Source of the DNA: Escherichia coli
GTDB taxonomy: Bacteria > Pseudomonadota > Gammaproteobacteria > Enterobacterales > Enterobacteriaceae
NCBI RefSeq assembly: GCF_041886205.1
Contig: NZ_CP169029.1
Length of the DNA: 64,000 nt
Direction: 5' to 3' (one strand)
Shown here: positions 58,676 to 64,000 of the stretch, piece by piece
Layout: every line of letters begins with the position of its first letter
Numbering within the stretch: position 1 is the stretch's first letter
Made by a program: the position numbers and the translations under genes
The notes under the pieces: model-generated
The model's input: the letters and a program-made list of their open reading frames with translations, nothing else
The model's database searches: none
What the model was told of the DNA's origin: nothing

Positions 58676-58765
58676 GAATAGATGTTCGGGCCTTACGCTA
58701 ATGTAACTTCTTTCCTTCTTCGAACCAAACCGTGTACACCATCCGTTATCTGCGGAGGTGAGGCT

Positions 58766-58981
58766 ATGAAATCCATGGATAAGTTAACAACGGGCATCGC
58801 CTACAGCACCTCTGCAGGCAGTGCTGGCTACTGGTTTTTACAGTTGCTCGATAAAGTCACGCCCTCACAGTGGGCGGCAATAGGTGTATTGGGTAGTCTG
58901 GTATTTGGCATGCTGACGTATCTGACAAATCTTTATTTCAAGATTAAAGAAGACAGGCGTAAGGCTGCGAGAGGAGAGTAA
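58766..58981 (+). CDS. essQ: class II pinholin (S21/EssQ type) with an MKSM dual-start motif
   Basis: 71-aa [71 protein letters not shown], preceded by GGAGGTGAGG. The track ORF is over-extended to 58682. Confidence 0.9.
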   Translation: MKSMDKLTTGIAYSTSAGSAGYWFLQLLDKVTPSQWAAIGVLGSLVFGMLTYLTNLYFKIKEDRRKAARGE

Positions 58982-58985
58982 TCCA

Positions 58986-59297
58986 ATGACTCAAGACTAT
59001 GAACTGGTTGTGAAAGGAGTCCGTAATTTTGAGAATAAAGTTACGGTAACTGTAGCCTTACAGGACAAAGAACGCTTTGACGGTGAAATTTTTGGCCTGG
59101 ATGTCGCCATGGACCGTGTTGAAGGAGCTGCGCTGGAGTTTTATGAGGCAGCAGCCAGAATGAGCGTCCGGCAAGTCTTCCTGGAAGTAGCAGAAAAATT
59201 GTCAGAAAAAGTTGAGTCTTATCTGCAGCATCAGTACTCCTTTAAGATTGAAAATCCTGACAATAAGCACGAGCGTCCTCATCATAAATATCTATGA
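58986..59297 (+). CDS. ydfR: YdfR-like protein inserted between holin and endolysin
   Basis: 103-aa MTQDYELVVKGVRNFENKVTVTVALQDKERFDGEIF... matches K-12 YdfR as I recall it. Confidence 0.85.
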   Translation: MTQDYELVVKGVRNFENKVTVTVALQDKERFDGEIFGLDVAMDRVEGAALEFYEAAARMSVRQVFLEVAEKLSEKVESYLQHQYSFKIENPDNKHERPHHKYL

Positions 59298-59823
59298 ACA
59301 CAAAAATCAGATACGGCCTGTCGGCTGCCGTTCTGGCGCTGATTGGTGCTGGCGCATCTGCTCCTCAGATACTTGACCAGTTTCTGGACGAAAAAGAAGG
59401 TAACCACACAATGGCATACCGCGATGGTTCTGGCATATGGACCATCTGTCGGGGTGCCACAGTGGTGGATGGAAAAAACGTTTTTCCCAATATGAAACTG
59501 TCGAAGGAAAAATGCGACCAGGTCAACGCCATTGAGCGTGATAAGGCGCTGGCATGGGTGGAGCGCAATATAAAAGTTCCACTGACCGAGCCACAGAAAG
59601 CCGGTATCGCGTCATTCTGTCCCTATAACATTGGCCCTGGTAAGTGTTTTCCGTCGACGTTTTATAAGCGGCTTAATGCCGGTGATCGTAAAGGCGCATG
59701 CGAGGCGATTCGCTGGTGGATAAAGGACGGTGGACGTGATTGCCGCATTCGTTCAAATAATTGTTACGGTCAGGTTATTCGTCGTGACCAGGAGAGTGCA
59801 TTAACCTGCTGGGGGATAGAACA

Positions 59824-59827
<4 letters not shown>
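59294..59827 (+). CDS. SAR (signal-anchor-release) endolysin, GH24 lysozyme
   Basis: 177 aa. The N-terminal segment YGLSAAVLALIGAGASA is weakly hydrophobic. An E-x8-D-x5-T catalytic triad lies in EGNHTMAYRDGSGIWT. Overlaps the ydfR stop. It corresponds to K-12 ydfQ/rrrQ. Confidence 0.88.
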
Positions 59828-60320
<493 letters not shown>

Positions 60321-60683
60321 GGTAATATTAAATCGGAACATTTACATCGCGGAATGTAAAATTTAAATAAAAAGGACTCTTCCATGAGCCAAAATTCCTG
60401 AAATCTTAAGGGTAAGATAAAAGGTCTTAATCAGAATGACACGTTATTATTAATAAATAAAGCTATTCTTTCATTGCTGTGTTTTTCTTTACAAAAGTAA
60501 TCCTTGCTATGGGTGGTTAATCATGCGTTAATGGTGTTCTGGTTTGTTACAAATTTATCTGAAGCAGTCATTGTTATAATTTTATTATTTGTACCTCTTG
60601 AGATTTCCTTGTTGGTTTTTCTCTCTGATATTTTTTTTCGGACCATTCTGCCCAAGGGCTAATTTCTTCAAAAGGTAATAATT

Positions 60684-60896
60684 ATGTCTAACAAAATGAC
60701 TGGTTTAGTGAAATGGTTTAACCCTGAAAAAGGTTTTGGTTTCATCACGCCGAAAGATGGCAGCAAAGATGTGTTTGTCCATTTCTCAGCAATTCAGAGC
60801 AACGATTTCAAAACATTAACTGAGAATCAGGAAGTTGAATTTGGTATTGAGAACGGACCTAAAGGTCCTGCCGCTGTTCATGTAGTGGCGCTTTGA
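60684..60896 (+). CDS. cspI: cold shock protein CspI
   Basis: 70-aa [38 protein letters not shown]... with RNP1/RNP2 motifs, preceded by a long AT-rich leader typical of csp genes. Confidence 0.93.
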   Translation: MSNKMTGLVKWFNPEKGFGFITPKDGSKDVFVHFSAIQSNDFKTLTENQEVEFGIENGPKGPAAVHVVAL

Positions 60897-60906
60897 GGTA
60901 GACAAT

Positions 60907-61095
60907 ATTACAAACCATATTCACTTTAGATGCCCGTGTTGTCATGGTTCCCAGTATAGAACATCATCTTTTGATGTTTCTGACATGAATCCTTTCGGGG
61001 CAAAATGTATCTTTTGTAAATCAATGATGATTACATTTGATAATATTTCACAATACTTAAATGCCAGCCGTCTGTCGTTGGATTTAAAAAAGTGA
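60907..61095 (+). CDS. zinc-ribbon small protein (CPCC...CIFC) with no canonical start codon; possibly YnfU-like
   Basis: The frame is open from 60886 to TGA 61093-61095: ..NITNHIHFRCPCCHGSQYRTSSFDVSDMNPFGAKCIFCKSMMITFDNISQYLNASRLSLDLKK. The only plausible start is ATT 60907, 8 nt after GAGG (60895-60898). The start coordinate is uncertain. Confidence 0.5.
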   Translation: MTNHIHFRCPCCHGSQYRTSSFDVSDMNPFGAKCIFCKSMMITFDNISQYLNASRLSLDLKK

Positions 61096-61102
61096 AAATG
61101 AA

Positions 61103-61123
61103 GGCTCCTTCGGGAGTTTTTTT
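61103..61123 (+). terminator. Intrinsic terminator after the cspI/zinc-ribbon unit
   Basis: Short stem CTCC/GGAG, extendable by G-U pairs, with a TTCG tetraloop and a T7 run. Confidence 0.65.
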
Positions 61124-61167
61124 GCTTGGTATCTATTCGATGGATACTCACATACTACGGTAACATC

Positions 61168-61398
61168 ATGAAAAAAATCATAGTTTTTTTTAACTCTGAA
61201 CCAGCAGTGGTAGTGCCAGCGATGACTGGAGTTAACACCATCATGCGTGAATATCCAAATGGCGAAAAAACACACCTTACTGTAATGGCCGCAGGGTTTC
61301 CATCTCTGACCGGAGATCATAAAGTCATTTATGTAGCAGCGGATCGACATGTAACTTCAGAAGAAATTCTGGAAGCAGCAATGAGACTCTTGAATTGA
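61168..61398 (+). CDS. ynfN: YnfN-like cold-shock-associated small protein
   Basis: The C-terminal 51 aa MREYPNGEKTHLTVMAAGFPSLTGDHKVIYVAADRHVTSEEILEAAMRLLN match K-12 YnfN as I recall it (that start would be 61243). A longer form begins at MKKIIVFF (61168). The start is uncertain. Confidence 0.7.
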   Translation: MKKIIVFFNSEPAVVVPAMTGVNTIMREYPNGEKTHLTVMAAGFPSLTGDHKVIYVAADRHVTSEEILEAAMRLLN

Positions 61399-61570
61399 TT
61401 TGATTCTAATGCATTGATAATAAATGATAATCATCTTTATCTGTTTGTGTGAAATTTAGACCGTCGTATGTTGATTATTGCGATGTTTCATCTTATCTTT
61501 TATACGTTTGCTCCATATAATTGACACTACTGTGTACCAGGACAGTCATAACAGACTAAAAGAGGAAATG

Positions 61571-61744
61571 ATGAACATTGAAGAGTTAAAAACAAAAACA
61601 GAAGCAGATATTTCTGAATATATAACAAAAAAAATCATTGAGCTTAAGAAAAAGACCGGGAAAGAAGTTACCAGTATCCAGTTTACTGCACGGGAAAAAA
61701 TGACTGGTCTTGAAAGCTATGATATCAAGATTGATTTAATCTAG
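61571..61744 (+). CDS. gnsB: GnsB-like protein
   Basis: 57-aa MNIEELKTKTEADISEYITKKIIELKKKTGKEVTSIQFTAREKMTGLESYDIKIDLI, preceded by AGAGGAA. Confidence 0.85.
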   Translation: MNIEELKTKTEADISEYITKKIIELKKKTGKEVTSIQFTAREKMTGLESYDIKIDLI

Positions 61745-62039
61745 CATGTTTATAGTATTAGCATCAATTTCTCATCAGATGCTATTCAACAATACAAATT
61801 ACCCATAAACCTCGTTTTTACGGGGTTTTGTTATATTTAAACATTACCGAATAGATATAAATCTCGATTGTCGATGGTATTGGTTATGTGACAATACCTA
61901 GTCTTTCCGGTATGCCTGAAGAGAATACAAACGACAGATTATGTAAGGGAAACGCGCTGAAACTTTCACTCTTTCATGCTGAGTGATTTGACGTTATATT
62001 TTTAGCCGCAAGTGAAGAGCAAACGAATGGAGCGACAAA

Positions 62040-62246
62040 ATGCATAAAGATCAATACACTGATGCCCCCTCCCAGGAGCAGGTTCGTGTAAAAACTATGC
62101 TTAATAGCACCATTTCGATGGGTTACCCGGATGTTGTAATTGCATGTATAGAACATCAAGTATCTCTGGAAGCATTCAGGGCAATTGAGGCCGCGTTAGT
62201 AAAGCACGATAAGAATACGAAGGATTATTCCCTGGTGGTTGACTGA
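62040..62246 (+). CDS. hypothetical 68-aa protein
   Basis: ORF with GGAG 8 nt upstream of the ATG. No family recognised. Confidence 0.45.
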   Translation: MHKDQYTDAPSQEQVRVKTMLNSTISMGYPDVVIACIEHQVSLEAFRAIEAALVKHDKNTKDYSLVVD

Positions 62247-62352
62247 TCACCATAACTGCTAACCATTCTGACCATTTCACAAGTGACAGAGTCAATATCG
62301 TATTCTGTCACTGTAAGGCTAATACAGTACTGCAATTCAACTACAGCAATGC

Positions 62353-62838
62353 CTCGTATTTAGGTGAATTTACAATATCGTCCAGTTCGGATGCCGGCTG
62401 CATTTCTGAAGATAAGGCATTTCGGTTCGCGTATTTTCCCCTCATGCTCGTCAGTCCTGCGCGTAGTAAGAAACACCAAACGGGACGGTTACAGTCACCA
62501 TAAGCGATGATCATAACTTTGACCGTCAAATCATTATTCCGCCCATTATCTTTAACGGAATAGCGTATAGCGATCCGGGAAGTGGTAATAACCCGGGAGG
62601 TACAAGATACACGGGTTATGGTTTTGAAGTTCGCAAAAACGGTGTATTAATCGCATCCAGAGAAACTAAAGGGGCCATTCCCGGTAGCTACAGTGCGGTT
62701 ATTGATATGCCGAGTGGCAGGGGAAGCGTCACTCTGGAGTTTAAGGTTTTCCATAAAGGCAATCAGTGGGCAGGTAATATCACCGACTGTACGGTGATTG
62801 TGACCAAAAAAGCCGCTTCCGGCATCAGTATTCGTTGA
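62353..62838 (+). pseudogene. 3' remnant of the tail gene that precedes lom (the J host-specificity position in the lambda order J-lom-stf)
   Basis: There is no start codon. The last 122 codons (62470-62838) read ...GYGFEVRKNGVLIASRETKGAIPGSYSAVIDMPSGRGSVTLEFKVFHKGNQWAGNITDCTVIVTKKAASGISIR*. An upstream open stretch lies in a different frame. The assignment rests on position only. Confidence 0.4.
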
Positions 62839-62907
62839 AATTGTTATAACCCATATAAGGGCACCAGAAATGGTGCCTTTTTTATTGCAGAAAAGCGAGA
62901 GGTAATT

Positions 62908-63507
62908 ATGCGTAAACTTTATGCCGCCATTTTGTCCGCAGCCATTTGTCTGGCCGTATCCGGTGCGCCTGCATGGGCATCTGAACATCAGTCCACGCTG
63001 AGCGCGGGGTATCTTCATGCCTCGACGAACGTTCCCGGCAGCGATGATCTTAACGGGATTAACGTGAAATACCGTTATGAGTTTACGGACACACTGGGGC
63101 TGGTGACGTCATTCAGCTATGCAGGAGACAAGAATCGCCAGCTTACCCGTTACAGCGATACCCGCTGGCATGAAGATTCCGTGCGTAACCGCTGGTTCAG
63201 CGTGATGGTGGGGCCGTCTGTGCGCGTGAATGAATGGTTCAGCGCGTATGCGATGGCGGGTGTGGCTTACAGCCGTGTGTCGACTTTCTCCGGGGATTAT
63301 CTCCGCGTAACTGACAACAAGGGGAAAACGCACGACGTGCTGACCGGAAGTGATGACGGTCGCCACAGCAACACGTCTCTGGCGTGGGGAGCTGGCGTGC
63401 AGTTTAACCCGACCGAATCCGTGGCCATTGATATTGCTTATGAAGGCTCCGGCAGTGGCGACTGGCGCACTGACGGTTTCATCGTGGGTGTCGGTTATAA
63501 GTTCTGA
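62908..63507 (+). CDS. lom: Lom/Ail-family outer-membrane beta-barrel protein
   Basis: 199 aa with signal peptide [24 protein letters not shown] and a C-terminal ...[10 protein letters not shown]. It matches lambda Lom as I recall it. Confidence 0.92.
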
Positions 63508-63533
63508 TTAGCCAGGTAACACAGTGTTATGAC

Positions 63534-63560
63534 AGCCCGCCTGTTCAGGCGGGCTTTTTT
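63534..63560 (+). terminator. Intrinsic terminator after lom
   Basis: Stem AGCCCGCC/GGCGGGCT with loop TGTTCA and a T6 run. Confidence 0.8.
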
Positions 63561-63571
63561 GTGGGGTGAAT

Positions 63572-64000
63572 ATGGCAGTAAAGATTTCAGGTGTACTGAA
63601 AGACGGCACAGGAAAACCGGTACAGAACTGCACAATCCAGCTGAAAGCAAAACGTAACAGCACCGCGGTGGTGGTGAACACGCTGGCCTCAGAAAATCCG
63701 GATGAAGCCGGGCGTTACAGCATGGACGTTGAGTACGGTCAGTACAGCGTTATTCTGTTGGTGGAAGGATTCCCGCCGTCACATGCCGGGACCATCACCG
63801 TGTATGAAGATTCCCGACCCGGTACGCTGAATGATTTTCTCGGTGCCATGACGGAGGATGATGCCCGTCCGGAGGCTCTGCGACGTTTTGAACTGATGGT
63901 GGAAGAGGTGGCGCGTAACGCGTCCGCAGTGGCACAGAACACGGCAGCCGCGAAGAAGTCAGCCAGTGATGCCAGCACATCTGCCCGTGAGGCGGCAACT
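63572..64000 (+). CDS. stf: side tail fibre protein Stf, 5' part (runs off the window end)
   Basis: MAVKISGVLKDGTGKPVQNCTIQLKAKRNSTAVVVNTLASENPDEAGRYSMDVEYGQYSVILLVEGFPPSHAGTITVYEDS... is near-identical to the lambda Stf N-terminus as I recall it. The frame is open to base 64000. Confidence 0.92.
   Translation, partial: MAVKISGVLKDGTGKPVQNCTIQLKAKRNSTAVVVNTLASENPDEAGRYSMDVEYGQYSVILLVEGFPPSHAGTITVYEDSRPGTLNDFLGAMTEDDARPEALRRFELMVEEVARNASAVAQNTAAAKKSASDASTSAREAAT

Noticed and set aside
60942-61350. Minus-strand track ORFs 60942-61151 and 61084-61350
   Set aside because: They are antisense to the plus-strand zinc-ribbon frame and to the ynfN-like gene, and they run across a plus-strand terminator. 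Their translations have no recognisable features.
62341-62529. Minus-strand 62-aa ORF inside the tail-gene remnant
   Set aside because: It overlaps plus-strand sequence that reads as a coherent protein C-terminus. There is no SD, so it is probably spurious.

Overview
The window has two parts. Bases 1-44,440 are conserved E. coli core chromosome, colinear with my recollection of the K-12 hdhA-to-rspB segment in reverse orientation: hdhA', uidR, uidABC, ydgA, manA, fumA, fumC, tus with its Ter site, rstBA, ydgC, folM, ydgI, ydgH, pntAB, tqsA, mdtJI, ydgD, ydgU, asr, ynfM, ynfL, mlc, ynfK, clcB, dmsD-ynfHGFE, ynfD, ynfC, speG, ynfB, ynfA, rspAB. I see nothing unusual there beyond a slightly variant Ter site and one possible unannotated small membrane ORF. 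From about 44,537 to the window end is a defective lambdoid prophage inserted after codon 31 of ydfJ, the locus where K-12 carries Qin. It runs integrase, excisionase, a leftward early operon, DicA-like repressor, Cro/YdaS-like, YdaT-like, a replication gene with internal iterons, YdfU-like, a Q antiterminator with predicted PR'/tR', an AT-rich three-gene cargo block, a pinholin-YdfR-SAR endolysin-Rz/Rz1 lysis cassette, the cspI/ynfN/gnsB cold-shock accessory cluster, and then directly a tail-gene remnant, lom and a side tail fibre. All head and tail morphogenesis genes are missing. The early operon is damaged by a 1,310-bp IS629-like element with a 3-bp target duplication and by a roughly 310-bp reverse-oriented cassette. 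The points most worth follow-up are that cargo block in the Q-to-holin slot, that cassette (a 10-bp hairpin plus an 82-aa two-TM protein), the four-copy operator motif of the DicA-like immunity region, the iteron origin, the Rz frameshift at an A7 tract, and a zinc-ribbon ORF after cspI with no canonical start codon. I found no CRISPR array, rRNA or tRNA, and no recognisable multi-gene defence system of a named family. Every homology statement rests on reading the translations and on memory of E. coli and phage proteins, not on a database search.
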